From IMG/VR virus record IMGVR_UViG_3300010348_001764: a stretch of DNA of 64,000 nucleotides; one strand, given 5' to 3'. The position numbers and the translations under genes were made by a program. The first letter of the stretch is position 1. The number at the start of each line of letters is the position of its first letter. Source of the DNA: an uncultured virus (IMG/VR IMGVR_UViG_3300010348_001764) (lineage: Duplodnaviria > Heunggongvirae > Uroviricota > Caudoviricetes). The notes under the pieces are model-generated. The model worked only from the letters and a program-made list of their open reading frames with translations, was not told the origin of the DNA and made no database searches. This document shows, in pieces, positions 11,811 through 22,096 of the stretch.

Positions 11811-12375
11811 AGATGACTTCAAGCAGGTGAAGCGCCTGTGGACAGTGCACGCGCGCCTCATGCGTACGAAGGTACCTGAGCGCACGGACCTCGATGTCGG
11901 CTTCATCGAGTGCGCCTTCCGAGGTGATGACCTTGTGGCGACCATGCGACACCATGACTGGGACGGCATGCAGATGTACTCGATCGACAGCATCTACGTG
12001 AAGCCTGGTGAGATGACGTACTACGCCGCGCTGCCAGGACAGAACAACCCCATCTCACCGCTCATCGACCACATCGTCGGCGCACGTGAGGCAGCAGGCC
12101 AGTTCACCTGGTGGTACAGCCGCGCGATTGCCCCAGGCTACACGAAGATGCACCGCAACGGCTACTCGTTCATGGGTGCCTCAAGGCTCGGTCACCGCTA
12201 CCAGAAGTTCCTGATGGAGATCGTGCCAGCTGGGCAGCGCTCAACCGTGACAACGCACGACACCCTGCTAGGTGCGCGCACCTACGACAAGGACGTGATG
12301 GTCGTCATGTGCTGCCTGAAGAACGAGCACCGTCAGCCGGCCCTGCAGCTGGGTGATGAAGTGGAGTACTTCTGA
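11776..12375 (+). CDS. hypothetical protein
   Basis: ORF fills operon; start uncertain. Confidence 0.55.
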   Translation: MPVYTLRRAETEDDFKQVKRLWTVHARLMRTKVPERTDLDVGFIECAFRGDDLVATMRHHDWDGMQMYSIDSIYVKPGEMTYYAALPGQNNPISPLIDHIVGAREAAGQFTWWYSRAIAPGYTKMHRNGYSFMGASRLGHRYQKFLMEIVPAGQRSTVTTHDTLLGARTYDKDVMVVMCCLKNEHRQPALQLGDEVEYF

Positions 12376-12959
12376 TGCGTCAGCCCCTTGTTGAACGGCT
12401 CGCCACCGTAGACGGCTACTTCATGAACAGGGCGCTCAGTGAGCTGCGCACCATCGACTGGGCAACCATCGGACAGGATGAGGTGCGCCGCCGCTCAGGA
12501 GTGTTTGGCACCAGCACGGCCATTCCGCTTCGCGTTCACGATACCAACCGCACCGATCTGACCGTGCTGGAGTACGGCGAGATTGTCGAGTGCCGCAACA
12601 CGCAGAACTTCAACACGCTGCCGGCCCTGGCCATCCTTGCCGGCTGGGCGTACCAGAAGGTGAAGGGCCTGCACATGGGCCGCATTCAGTGCGTGCGCCT
12701 GGAGGCAGGTGGTGATGTCGGTCTTCACATCGATCCAGGCACCTACTTTCAGGTGCACGACCGCCTGCACATCCCGCTCATCACCGACGAGGGCACCATC
12801 TTCTTCGATGACCTCGGCAACGAGGCGCGCATGCCACATGGTGGACTGTACCGCCTGAACAACCGCGACCTGCACGGCGTGCGCAATGAGAGCACCAACC
12901 CGCGCGTCCACCTCATCATTGACATTCAAACGAAGGAGCACCCATGGAAGTCGGCCTGA
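12375..12959 (+). CDS. aspartyl/asparaginyl beta-hydroxylase family oxygenase
   Basis: LHIDPG..RLHIPLIT..LHGVRN..RVHLIID. Confidence 0.85.
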   Translation: MRQPLVERLATVDGYFMNRALSELRTIDWATIGQDEVRRRSGVFGTSTAIPLRVHDTNRTDLTVLEYGEIVECRNTQNFNTLPALAILAGWAYQKVKGLHMGRIQCVRLEAGGDVGLHIDPGTYFQVHDRLHIPLITDEGTIFFDDLGNEARMPHGGLYRLNNRDLHGVRNESTNPRVHLIIDIQTKEHPWKSA

Positions 12960-13699
12960 AGCACGGAGCTCCGTTCCAGTACCTCGATGAGTTCTGCCCT
13001 GAGGTGAACTGGGAGGACATCCACAACGACACTGCCCGTGGACTTGCCAAGGCGCCGTGGATCAAGACGGCCGTTTCGGCTGGCGCGCACGACGACTGGA
13101 AGGCCGAGGAGATGGCGACCTACTACAAGGGCGCGGACAAGCTGCTCACCCCACAGCAGCAGGCCATCTTCAAGAACCTGTCGACGATGGAGCAGCGCAT
13201 CAAGTTCCTGTCGCTGACAACACCGATGCGCCACCCCTTCTGGCTCTGCTTCCTGCGCGCCAACAAGCAGGTGGAGCAGACGTACCACGAGAACAAGGCC
13301 ATCGCCGAGCAGTGCTACGACACGCCGAACGTGGTGTACTTTCCGAAGCTGATGGGCCTCATTCGCAAGCTGCCCATGAAGAGCATCGGACGCGTGCTGA
13401 TCTTCATGACCGAGGCGAACAACGAGACCGTGCCGCACTTTGACGCCTCAGACCAGGCGCAGCGCGAGCGCATGGGCAACGCCGACTTCATCTACTTCCA
13501 GCCGCAGCTTCAGGCGCAGGGCGTCTGCAAGCGGATCTACGTGATGGACGAGAACAAGCAGCGCATCTACGCAGATCCTTCCAAGGCGTTCATCTGGTTC
13601 AATGAGATGGACTGGCACGGTACTGAGGCCGCGCCGGTGTTCACGTACAGCGTCCGTGTTGAGGGTGTGTTCAATGATCTCGTCCGACCCGCAGGCTAA
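12944..13699 (+). CDS. putative Fe(II)/2OG-type oxygenase
   Basis: PHFD...WHG...SVR. Confidence 0.55.
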   Translation: MEVGLKHGAPFQYLDEFCPEVNWEDIHNDTARGLAKAPWIKTAVSAGAHDDWKAEEMATYYKGADKLLTPQQQAIFKNLSTMEQRIKFLSLTTPMRHPFWLCFLRANKQVEQTYHENKAIAEQCYDTPNVVYFPKLMGLIRKLPMKSIGRVLIFMTEANNETVPHFDASDQAQRERMGNADFIYFQPQLQAQGVCKRIYVMDENKQRIYADPSKAFIWFNEMDWHGTEAAPVFTYSVRVEGVFNDLVRPAG

Positions 13700-14210
13700 G
13701 GACTGGCCGTCGCTCTTTGAGCCAGATGGCAAGGGCCCCTGGGCCGTTCGCTACAACTGGATCAGGCACACCAACAACGAGGAGTTCCTTGAGAACTACT
13801 TCGCTGATGGAAGCAGCGAGCTGAAGCTCAACCTTCGCAACATGACGAAGGACCTTGCTCACCTCTGGAAGCCACACAACGACGCGCTCGCCCGTGGTGA
13901 GATCAGCGGCAACATGGTGTTCCGCATCAAGACGCTCAACCGCGCCAACCGCTCCATCGATCACATGGAGGTGTGGAAGTCGCCTGAGCACATTGAGCGC
14001 ACCTTTCACACCGACTACCCCGAGTGGCCGGATGCCATGAAGGCCGAGCTCGGACAGAAGGTGCGTGAACGCGGCTTCATCATCTGCCCGCTGCAGCGCC
14101 CCTATCCGCTCATCAGCCGCCGGCAGGCCCTTGACATCTACCTTACCTACCTGAAGAAGGCGATGGCCAAGGACTTCACGCGCATCGAAAGCCCGCTCAA
14201 GTACTCATGA
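13674..14210 (+). CDS. hypothetical protein
   Basis: coupled ORF. Confidence 0.55.
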   Translation: MISSDPQAKDWPSLFEPDGKGPWAVRYNWIRHTNNEEFLENYFADGSSELKLNLRNMTKDLAHLWKPHNDALARGEISGNMVFRIKTLNRANRSIDHMEVWKSPEHIERTFHTDYPEWPDAMKAELGQKVRERGFIICPLQRPYPLISRRQALDIYLTYLKKAMAKDFTRIESPLKYS

Positions 14211-15013
14211 TCCCTTCCCACTTCGTTGCCATTGCTCCACGTGTTTCACTCAACGACATTCTGGGTGCGACGGACTACTGGCGCGAGCAGCTCTATCAGA
14301 AGAAGGTGCTGGTGTTTCGCGACCTGCAGCTACGCGCCTGGGAGTTTGTGCAGGTGCACCACGCATTTGGGCGGCCATGGATGAAGCCGCTCTATGAGCT
14401 ATCGCACGAGGTGCCAATCGCGGTGCAGGGCGGCGAGTGCCTGACCGTCTACAGCAACGTCATCATGCAGAAGAGCATGGGAAACGGGTCGCTGAGCTAC
14501 CACCGCGACATCCCCTTCCACCGCCCAATTCGCTACCCCATTCGCTCGCTGTACCCAACCAAGCTGCCCTCCTACCCAACGTCGACCTCGTTCATTGACG
14601 CCGACGTGCTATGGGACCGCCTCCCACCTGAGCAGGCTGCACTGCTTCCGCGCTACGAGCAGGAGATCAAGCACTGGTACTCAGATGCCCTCGACCTGGC
14701 GCAGGTACCGCACAAGCTCATTCCGATGGTAGAGGAGCATCCTCACACGAAGCGGAAGTCGGTGCTGATCAACGCCGTTGGACCATGGGTGCAGGACGTG
14801 CTCCTTGACGGGCAGCGGCTTGGCTCCCAGGTGGCGCGCGATCTGATCGCCGTTGCAGACACGCCCGACAACACCTACGAACACGTGTGGCAGCTGGGCG
14901 ACCTCGTGCTCTTTGACAACTGGAGCGGGGTGCTGCACGGCCGCAAGGCGCTGGGTGGTGATGAAGAGCGCGCCTTTTGGCGCATCAACGTGAAGCACTA
15001 CTGGCAGAAATGA
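14207..15013 (+). CDS. TauD/TfdA family dioxygenase
   Basis: VLVFR, YHRD, HVWQLGDLVLFDN..HGR. Confidence 0.85.
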   Translation: MIPSHFVAIAPRVSLNDILGATDYWREQLYQKKVLVFRDLQLRAWEFVQVHHAFGRPWMKPLYELSHEVPIAVQGGECLTVYSNVIMQKSMGNGSLSYHRDIPFHRPIRYPIRSLYPTKLPSYPTSTSFIDADVLWDRLPPEQAALLPRYEQEIKHWYSDALDLAQVPHKLIPMVEEHPHTKRKSVLINAVGPWVQDVLLDGQRLGSQVARDLIAVADTPDNTYEHVWQLGDLVLFDNWSGVLHGRKALGGDEERAFWRINVKHYWQK

Positions 15014-15756
15014 CGCACTTCAAGAAGCTCACCATCTGGCAGTGGCTGCTGACTGCCGCTGCTGTCTACGTGCTGGTCACCGACTTTCGATGGCTCGACG
15101 TGGTGTACGCCGCCCTCGGCTTCTACGTGCTCGGCATCTTCGGTGCCAGCATCGGCTTCCACCGCTACCTGACGCACCAGTCCTTCAAGACGTCCAAGTT
15201 CTGGCACTGGGCCATGGTCGCCTGCGGCTCGCTCACCGGCATGGGCTCACCTTTCTTCTGGGTGGCGCTGCACAAGCACCACCACCTGAAGCCTGACACC
15301 CCTGAGGACGTGCACTCACCGCGCAACGGCGTCTTCCGCGCCTTCATCGGCTGGCAGTTTGAGCCGGCGCCTGACATCAAGACACCAGCGAACCGGTCCA
15401 TGTACACCGACCCGCTGCTGAAGGTCATTCACCGCCACTACTACAAGCTCTACTGGCTGGTGGTTGGACTGGCCTACCTCATCGACTGGCGCTTCGGTCT
15501 GTTCTTCTTCACGCTGGGTGGCTACTTCATCCTCGGCATGTTCGAGAACCTGGGCAACGTGCTGCTGCACCTGCCTTCGGTCGGCTACCGCAACTTCGAT
15601 ACGCCTGATGACAGCCGCAACATCCACTGGTACGCGCTCATCACCCTGGGAGGCGGCTACCACAACAACCACCACCGCTGGCCTGGCCGCTACCGCTTCG
15701 GAGAGCCGCACGAGCTGGACATGGGAGCGTGGTTCATCGAGAGGATCAAGACATGA
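15010..15756 (+). CDS. membrane fatty-acid desaturase
   Basis: HRYLTH, HKHHH, HNNHH. Confidence 0.9.
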   Translation: MTHFKKLTIWQWLLTAAAVYVLVTDFRWLDVVYAALGFYVLGIFGASIGFHRYLTHQSFKTSKFWHWAMVACGSLTGMGSPFFWVALHKHHHLKPDTPEDVHSPRNGVFRAFIGWQFEPAPDIKTPANRSMYTDPLLKVIHRHYYKLYWLVVGLAYLIDWRFGLFFFTLGGYFILGMFENLGNVLLHLPSVGYRNFDTPDDSRNIHWYALITLGGGYHNNHHRWPGRYRFGEPHELDMGAWFIERIKT

Positions 15757-16370
15757 AGACAGCGCGCGGTCGCGTACACGGTGACGGCCCAAGCCGTAGG
15801 GAGCTCAAGGCCTTCCACCGCATCGGCACCTTCCCCGAGGCGCTCGTTGACGAGCTCGACACCCTTGCCCGCACCTGCGAGCGCAACGACCTGGGTGGCG
15901 ACAACTACACTCTGCCGTCCAGCTTCGATCTGACGGGAACGTTCAACGCCGTGCCTGCGAGCTACCGCCAGGTCCTGCTGCAGGAGAGCCCTGAGATCTA
16001 CCCTCCTGACGAGACGTTCTACTGGAAGTGGGACGAGCAGTACAAGCACATTGGCGCCGCCCTGCAGGAGCACTTCACCAAGGTGTACCGCTTCCGGCTC
16101 TCTATCTCCAAGCCGCATCACTTCATTCCATGGCACATCGACACCGACCCCTCGGTCTCGTGCCGCGCCCAGATCTGCCTGAACCCAAGCGGCGTGTTCA
16201 AGTTCAAGACGAAGCAGGGCGAAGAGCACCTCTACATGGAGCGAGGCGGCATCTACTTCATCAACACCGGTTGGAGCCACAGCGTTGAGGTGGGTGATGA
16301 GGAGCGCCGAGTTGCCATCTTCGGGTTCAAGTTCAAGGACGCGCTGCAGCAGGACGGGCTATGGATCTGA
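15753..16370 (+). CDS. aspartyl/asparaginyl beta-hydroxylase-like oxygenase
   Basis: PWHID...NTGWSHSV...R. Confidence 0.7.
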   Translation: MKTARGRVHGDGPSRRELKAFHRIGTFPEALVDELDTLARTCERNDLGGDNYTLPSSFDLTGTFNAVPASYRQVLLQESPEIYPPDETFYWKWDEQYKHIGAALQEHFTKVYRFRLSISKPHHFIPWHIDTDPSVSCRAQICLNPSGVFKFKTKQGEEHLYMERGGIYFINTGWSHSVEVGDEERRVAIFGFKFKDALQQDGLWI

Positions 16371-16942
16371 ACTTCGCGCCACTTGAGATTGCGTACCCTG
16401 AGCGCCAGCAGCTGATCACCGAAGCCCGGCAGCACCTCTCTGCCACCGAGCACCACATGCCGCTGGTTGACCTGGAGGCGCTCTGTCCCGCGCTGTGTGA
16501 TGAGCTGAAGCGCACCTTTCAGTCGTCGTTCTTTCGAACTCGGCTGTTCATCACTCCACCGAAAACCGAGACAGGCATCCACGTTGACGGCTACAGCTGG
16601 GAAAGCGGAACTAAGTGGGCGGTGAACTTTCCAGTGCTGGGCTGCAAGGACACGCAGTTCCGCTACTACGAGGTTGATCGAGCTCAGCAGCAGCGCGATC
16701 GACACCACCGTCCAGAGATGGGCAACTCCATCGCCATGCGGTTTCCGCGATCAGCGGTTATCCGCGAACTGGACTGGGTTGAGATCAGCGCACCTACGCT
16801 CGTCCGCACCAACGTACCTCACAACGTCTTCAACCCCAATCTGGTGCCCCGCGTCATTCTCAGCGTGCGCTTCCAGCGCTCCCTGGAGACCGAGTTTGAG
16901 GTGGAGCTGAAGCGGCTGCAGGGGCTCGGCGTGGCTAAATAG
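16361..16942 (+). CDS. putative Fe(II)/2OG-type oxygenase
   Basis: IHVDG...PHNV..RVILSVRF; resembles 6885 and 8422 products. Confidence 0.55.
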   Translation: MDLNFAPLEIAYPERQQLITEARQHLSATEHHMPLVDLEALCPALCDELKRTFQSSFFRTRLFITPPKTETGIHVDGYSWESGTKWAVNFPVLGCKDTQFRYYEVDRAQQQRDRHHRPEMGNSIAMRFPRSAVIRELDWVEISAPTLVRTNVPHNVFNPNLVPRVILSVRFQRSLETEFEVELKRLQGLGVAK

Positions 16943-16946
16943 CCGC

Positions 16947-17219
16947 ATGGACAAACGCACCCTCATCCTTGCCGCCCTCATCGCTACCTCGACCCTTGCT
17001 GCCAAGACGGATGAGCTTGAGACCGCCTACTGGGACTGCGACTACGCGGCAACCCAGGGAGCCCTTGGCTTCGGTGATGCCACCACCTGCTCGCAGGTGT
17101 TCGAGGCCCTGAAGAAGGAGAAGTTCGGCGGCGACTTCAAGAAGTTCATGGAGTGGTGGAAGGACAACAAGGAAGTAGAGCACTCCAAGCGCCTCGCCAA
17201 GGACCGCTCGCGCACGTAA
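16947..17219 (+). CDS. small secreted protein
   Basis: signal-peptide-like N-terminus, two Cys. Confidence 0.6.
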   Translation: MDKRTLILAALIATSTLAAKTDELETAYWDCDYAATQGALGFGDATTCSQVFEALKKEKFGGDFKKFMEWWKDNKEVEHSKRLAKDRSRT

Positions 17220-17273
17220 CCACAGGTTACACTTCTGCCGCCTGCGACCTGGCAGGTGTGATACAATCCAAGC

Positions 17274-18323
17274 ATGGAACCGAAACTTCTCACGCGCGAT
17301 GAGTTCCGCGAAGCCGTCTTCAAGCGGGACGGCTACCGCTGCGTGCTGTGTGGCCGCTCCGCTGAGGAGACGCCCGAGGGCAAGCTCGACGCGCACCACA
17401 TCATCGAGCGCCGGCTCTGGGGCAACGGCGGCTACTACCTCGACAACGGCGCGACCGTGTGCGAGGAGCACCACCTCGGCTGCGAGCAGACCAACTACAG
17501 CGTTGAGTGGGTTCGCGAGAAGGCCGGCATCACCAAGATCCTGGTGCCTGATCAGTTCTACCCCGAGCAGCCCATCGACAAGTGGGGCAACTACATCCTC
17601 GAGGACGGTCGCCGTACCCGAGGCGAGCTGTTCTACGACGAGAGCGTGCAGAAGGTGCTTGCTCAGGGCGGTGTCCTGGACCTCTTCACGCCCTACGTGA
17701 AGTACGGTCGTACGTTCCACCTGCCCTGGAGCCCAGGTGCTCATGACGACGACAAGACCCTGAACGATGCCTCCCAGTTCGAGGGCAAGCGGGTCATCGT
17801 CACGAAGAAGATGGATGGCGAGAACACGACCGCGTACAGCGACGGACACGTCCATGCCCGCTCGATCGACAGCAAGGGCGGCGAGGACCGCGCCTGGGTC
17901 AAGCAGTTTCTCGTGAACAACGTCTGCTTTAACCTGCCTGAAGGCTGGCGTGTCTGCGGCGAGAACCTCTGGGCTGAGCACTCGATCCACTACTACGATC
18001 TACCCTCGTACTTCCTCGGCTTCAGCCTCTGGAACGAGCGCAACGTCTGCCTGTCGTGGGACGAGACGCTGGAGTACTTCTCGCTGCTTGGCATCACGCC
18101 GGTTGAGGTGGTGTACGACGGCACCTGGGACGAGAAGAAGATCCGAGCCATCTGCGAGGGCATCGACACCAACAAGGAAGAGGGCGTCGTTGTTCGCAAG
18201 GCCGCCAGCTTCAAGTACGGCGAGTTCAAGTCGAGCATCGCCAAGTACGTCCGGGCTGGCCACGTGCAGTCAGTTTCCCACTGGCGTCACAAGCGATTGA
18301 TTCAAAACGAACTTGCTTCGTGA
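17274..18323 (+). CDS. HNH domain - ATP-dependent RNA ligase (Rnl2-like) fusion
   Basis: RDGYRCVLC..AHHI..CEEHH then KMDGEN, GEN, EGVVVR, KYVR ligase motifs. Confidence 0.85.
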   Translation: MEPKLLTRDEFREAVFKRDGYRCVLCGRSAEETPEGKLDAHHIIERRLWGNGGYYLDNGATVCEEHHLGCEQTNYSVEWVREKAGITKILVPDQFYPEQPIDKWGNYILEDGRRTRGELFYDESVQKVLAQGGVLDLFTPYVKYGRTFHLPWSPGAHDDDKTLNDASQFEGKRVIVTKKMDGENTTAYSDGHVHARSIDSKGGEDRAWVKQFLVNNVCFNLPEGWRVCGENLWAEHSIHYYDLPSYFLGFSLWNERNVCLSWDETLEYFSLLGITPVEVVYDGTWDEKKIRAICEGIDTNKEEGVVVRKAASFKYGEFKSSIAKYVRAGHVQSVSHWRHKRLIQNELAS

Positions 18324-18953
18324 TGGTTTTCCAGTAAGAACTGGACACTTATCACCATGATGTAGGGCAAAATTCTGCGGACTAACGAACCCATGGCAGT
18401 GAGGGCATTCTTTCTTTGCCAGCTTCTTGTGGCTCTCTGAGCGTTTTGCATTCGCTTCCGCCGTTTGGGTTGTTCCCCTCATAGGGCTTGGCCTCCCACG
18501 TCGAGTTTCAGCACCCTTGGCAATACCAGCGAGGAGTTTTTCGTTTTTGGTGGCCCAAGTTTTACGCAGACTTTCTGAGGTTGAGCGCTTTGCTTCCTCA
18601 GTTCGCTGCTTTCCCCACTGCGGATGAGCTTCACCTCTCAGCGCGGTCGCCTTTCTACGATTACCCCAATCGATGGACGGTACGCCACCCGTGGCGATGT
18701 TGTACACCTCACCGCTCTCGATGAGAGCTGCCGTGACAAGCTCCTTCTCCTTCGCGTAGGCCTCAGCTGAGGTGTCGAAGCAGAAGAGGACCTCCTTTAT
18801 GAAGGCGGCTCGTCCATACTTCTTGATGGCCTGCTTGAGGGCGAGACCAGACCCGAGATAGCCATCGTTGGGGTCCGTAGTCTTGTGGACGCCGATATAG
18901 AACCTGTGCGTAGCAATGTTCGTCGTGCGGTAGACAGTGTAGAATGTGTTCAT
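18270..18953 (-). CDS. GIY-YIG (Seg-like) homing endonuclease with NUMOD3-like tail
   Basis: VYRTTN..FYIGVH..YLGSG. Confidence 0.85.
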   Translation of the reverse strand: MNTFYTVYRTTNIATHRFYIGVHKTTDPNDGYLGSGLALKQAIKKYGRAAFIKEVLFCFDTSAEAYAKEKELVTAALIESGEVYNIATGGVPSIDWGNRRKATALRGEAHPQWGKQRTEEAKRSTSESLRKTWATKNEKLLAGIAKGAETRRGRPSPMRGTTQTAEANAKRSESHKKLAKKECPHCHGFVSPQNFALHHGDKCPVLTGKPSRSKFVLNQSLVTPVGN

Positions 18954-18980
18954 GATGTGTATTTACGCAATGGACAGACT

Positions 18981-19190
18981 ATGAAGCATTGGATGATTCT
19001 GATTGTTATCGTGCTAGCTGTATGTTCAATGCTCTTCGTCGTGCCGCGTGTACAGCGGCTTGATCGACAGCGTGAAGCTTGCCAAAATGCCTATCCGACA
19101 CGGTTCGGATTGGGCGGTGACAGCGATGCTGCACGGATCCTTTTTGACATCTGCATGAAGAACGCGCACAACGAGTTCTTTGAGTTCTAG
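18981..19190 (+). CDS. small membrane protein
   Basis: hydrophobic N-terminus. Confidence 0.5.
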   Translation: MKHWMILIVIVLAVCSMLFVVPRVQRLDRQREACQNAYPTRFGLGGDSDAARILFDICMKNAHNEFFEF

Positions 19191-19215
19191 AGCGGCCCAT
19201 CCCCGTAAATAGGGG

Positions 19216-19770
19216 ATGCGCCTTGCTCAACTTGTCCCCGAAGCCGAGCACTCTCCTTACGAGACCCGTAAGGACTACCGAGAGCTGATCACTCACGCCC
19301 TGCGTGAGCTGGGTTCCGCTGCGCCCAAGGACTTCTACAAGATCTGGGACGAAGACGAGCGCGACCACAACGGAGCCATCCTCCAGGCCATTCAGCTGTG
19401 GAAGGGCGCCACTGATCCGACCAAGGTTGACAGCTGGCAGAAGGCAAACACCGCCCTGTGGGGCGCGGTCAATGCCCGAGCCGATGCCATGGACGAGGCG
19501 GCTCAAGCCTTTGAGGAAGTCGTCAAGCACGGCGTCGTACTCGACAGCCTGAGGGGCCTGGTGCCCCTGCTCAGGAAGGTGCACGAGCAGTACGAGATGG
19601 CCAAGGCGGAGATGAAGCTGGTCCAGCAGGCCTACCAGATCCTCAACCTTCTGAACACCACCGCCATCACCACGCACAACAGCGGTGAGGACAAGGATCA
19701 GACGCGCTACAAGGCGGCCATCGCCAAGGCAACCCTCAAGAAGATGGGGCTGGAGACGGTTGACCGATGA
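19216..19770 (+). CDS. hypothetical late protein
   Basis: late promoter at 19206. Confidence 0.65.
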   Translation: MRLAQLVPEAEHSPYETRKDYRELITHALRELGSAAPKDFYKIWDEDERDHNGAILQAIQLWKGATDPTKVDSWQKANTALWGAVNARADAMDEAAQAFEEVVKHGVVLDSLRGLVPLLRKVHEQYEMAKAEMKLVQQAYQILNLLNTTAITTHNSGEDKDQTRYKAAIAKATLKKMGLETVDR

Positions 19771-20162
19771 AGCTCGATGAAGTCAGCGGTAACATCCAAC
19801 TTGTTCACGTCGACTTTTCAAACGGCGTGCAGTGGACGCTTTGGCTGCGCCACCTTGGCTGGGATGGACACAACCGCCGCGTCTACACAGGTCAGTGCAA
19901 GATCACCGACGAGAACAATCCCAGGCACAATGAGCACACGTTCGTTGCCGCTGTCTTCAAGGACGACGGCAAGCTGCTCGCAATCAAGCACGTTGACACC
20001 CTCGAGGATGCCATCGACGTAGCAGGCACCACCATCGCACACCAGCAGAAGGGCTACGGCCCCGACCCGCGCAACCACAAGCGCAGCTGGATGACCATCA
20101 CCGACATGCAGGCCGACCAAGAAGGCTTCGACAACTCGCTGAACCGCCATGAAGATTACTGA
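19767..20162 (+). CDS. hypothetical protein (MKLDEV)
   Basis: coupled ORF. Confidence 0.65.
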   Translation: MKLDEVSGNIQLVHVDFSNGVQWTLWLRHLGWDGHNRRVYTGQCKITDENNPRHNEHTFVAAVFKDDGKLLAIKHVDTLEDAIDVAGTTIAHQQKGYGPDPRNHKRSWMTITDMQADQEGFDNSLNRHEDY

Positions 20163-20709
20163 ACTCCTTGAGGGTCGCGGCAGCGGCATTGAAACCTGGC
20201 CAGTGACCAACATGATGGGTCACGTCAAGAACTTCCGCAAGATCGACGGCTGGTGGGAGCACCCGACCGAGGTGCAGCGCTGGATGAAGAGCCACGACAT
20301 CCCGCAGTCGCGCGAGGACAAGGCCGAAGAGCGCCGGCGCCAGAGGGAATGGGACGACATCGACAGGCAGGAGCGCCGCGAGCAGCGCGAGAAGGCGGCG
20401 GCCGCCAAGAAGGCGCGAACCGACTACAACGCCATCGTCGCTGCAGGCGAGGAGGCCATCGGCAACGCCTTCCCTGACGGTGACCCGATCGATCACTTCG
20501 GTCCATGGCTCGAGAAGCGTGGGCTTGACATGAGCGATGCCGACGCCGCCTTCAAGAAGATCCACAAGAAGGGCTTCTACGACTACCTTGCCGACATGTG
20601 GGACGACCACGCCGCCGACCGCATCCACGATGCCCAGCACCACGGCACCCATGGCGATGACTACTCAGGTGAGTGGTTCGCCGGCGACAACCCCTGGAGG
20701 AGCTCATGA
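20149..20709 (+). CDS. hypothetical protein (MKITELLE)
   Basis: coupled ORF. Confidence 0.65.
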   Translation: MKITELLEGRGSGIETWPVTNMMGHVKNFRKIDGWWEHPTEVQRWMKSHDIPQSREDKAEERRRQREWDDIDRQERREQREKAAAAKKARTDYNAIVAAGEEAIGNAFPDGDPIDHFGPWLEKRGLDMSDADAAFKKIHKKGFYDYLADMWDDHAADRIHDAQHHGTHGDDYSGEWFAGDNPWRSS

Positions 20710-21212
20710 AGCTGACCGACCTTCAGGAAGCGCGGGCAGACAGCCACTCACCAAAGATGAAGCAGCTGCTGACGGCCGCGAAGGAGCTTGGTATCTCGAC
20801 CAAGCTGCCAAAGAACAACACGCCTGACGACTACGACATCGACAAGCTCGTCAGCATGAAGAAGGCGGGTGTCGGCAAGTCCACGCTCGGTCCTAGCGGC
20901 GTTGCCATTCCGCTCAACACTCTCGTTGAGGCGCTGAAGAAGCTGCCAGACACGCCGCTCAGCGACGTCGCCAGCGCGCTTCGCCGCCTCGAGGGGGTCG
21001 GATTTGAAGCTGATGAGAAGCTTCGCAAGCTGCAGACTGCCACCTACGAGGTCATCGGCATGAAGAGCGACCTGCTCGCCGAAGCCGCCCGGCTGCAGGC
21101 CGTGATGCACATCATGGGCGACCTCTTCATGGCAACCAAGAGCACCGACGACTGGCGCCGCTCAATCTCAACTGCCGTACTCAAGAACGTCGGCTACCCG
21201 CTGGAGAACTGA
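20706..21212 (+). CDS. hypothetical protein (MKLTDLQEA)
   Basis: ATGA overlap, GGAGG RBS. Confidence 0.65.
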   Translation: MKLTDLQEARADSHSPKMKQLLTAAKELGISTKLPKNNTPDDYDIDKLVSMKKAGVGKSTLGPSGVAIPLNTLVEALKKLPDTPLSDVASALRRLEGVGFEADEKLRKLQTATYEVIGMKSDLLAEAARLQAVMHIMGDLFMATKSTDDWRRSISTAVLKNVGYPLEN

Positions 21213-21213
21213 T

Positions 21214-21555
21214 ATGCTGATCCAAGAACTTCTGCTGATCGAGGCCTCAATGCAAGGCGCCCTCAAGAAGGCGCTCAAGCCGGCCGGCACCTTCGATGAC
21301 GTCTTCGGTCGCAACGCCGATGAGATCGCTGACGCGGTACACGACAAGGCAACCTCAAAGGTCTTCGTCGTTGACACGTCAAAGCCAGATGCGGCAGCTG
21401 CCGTCAAGGGCGTCATGAGCTCACCGACCTTCGCTGAGCTGCACGCCGTTCGCATCATCCGCCTCGGTGGTTCCAACCGCGCCATCGTCAGCAATGGCAA
21501 GGTCTACTTCGGTTCCTACCAAGCTGGTCGTCTGATCGAGCATGAAGCTGCTTGA
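21214..21555 (+). CDS. hypothetical protein (MLIQELLLIEA)
   Basis: ORF with RBS. Confidence 0.6.
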   Translation: MLIQELLLIEASMQGALKKALKPAGTFDDVFGRNADEIADAVHDKATSKVFVVDTSKPDAAAAVKGVMSSPTFAELHAVRIIRLGGSNRAIVSNGKVYFGSYQAGRLIEHEAA

Positions 21556-22078
21556 GGTTTCAGGTATCACGCCTGAGAAGGCATGGCACATGGTGGAGAT
21601 GCTCTCGCACACCATCGGCGTGAGCATGCGTCGGCCAGAGAAGTACGGTGAGGACCTGCCGTTCGACGGCGGTCGCGTGATGTACGACGCCCTGCAGATG
21701 ATGAAGGGCGTGAAGTTCGACCATGATGGACACTTCGTTCGCTCCGAGATCAGACCGATGATCGACATGGAGCACTACATGTCGAAGCTCCGCCTGCTGT
21801 ACGGCTCCAACAACGATGAAGTTGGCAACATCGCCCAGTACAACGATCTACTCCAAAGGCGCGGCTTTGAGCCAGCTGAGTGGATGAAGCCGCTCATCGA
21901 TGCTGCTAAGCTGCTCTCCGACAACCGCACCATGATGGAAACTCACCTCGAGGCCGTGTCGCACGTGAGTGAGTACTTCTTCACTCTTGCTTCGTTGCTT
22001 GGCCCCAAGTCGACCTCTGATGATCACGACAAGGCGCTGATCCGCGCCGTGTTCAAGAACCTAGGGATGCTGAAGTGA
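21542..22078 (+). CDS. hypothetical protein (MKLLEV)
   Basis: coupled ORF. Confidence 0.65.
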   Translation: MKLLEVSGITPEKAWHMVEMLSHTIGVSMRRPEKYGEDLPFDGGRVMYDALQMMKGVKFDHDGHFVRSEIRPMIDMEHYMSKLRLLYGSNNDEVGNIAQYNDLLQRRGFEPAEWMKPLIDAAKLLSDNRTMMETHLEAVSHVSEYFFTLASLLGPKSTSDDHDKALIRAVFKNLGMLK

Positions 22079-22096
22079 GTGTAACAACCTGCACGT

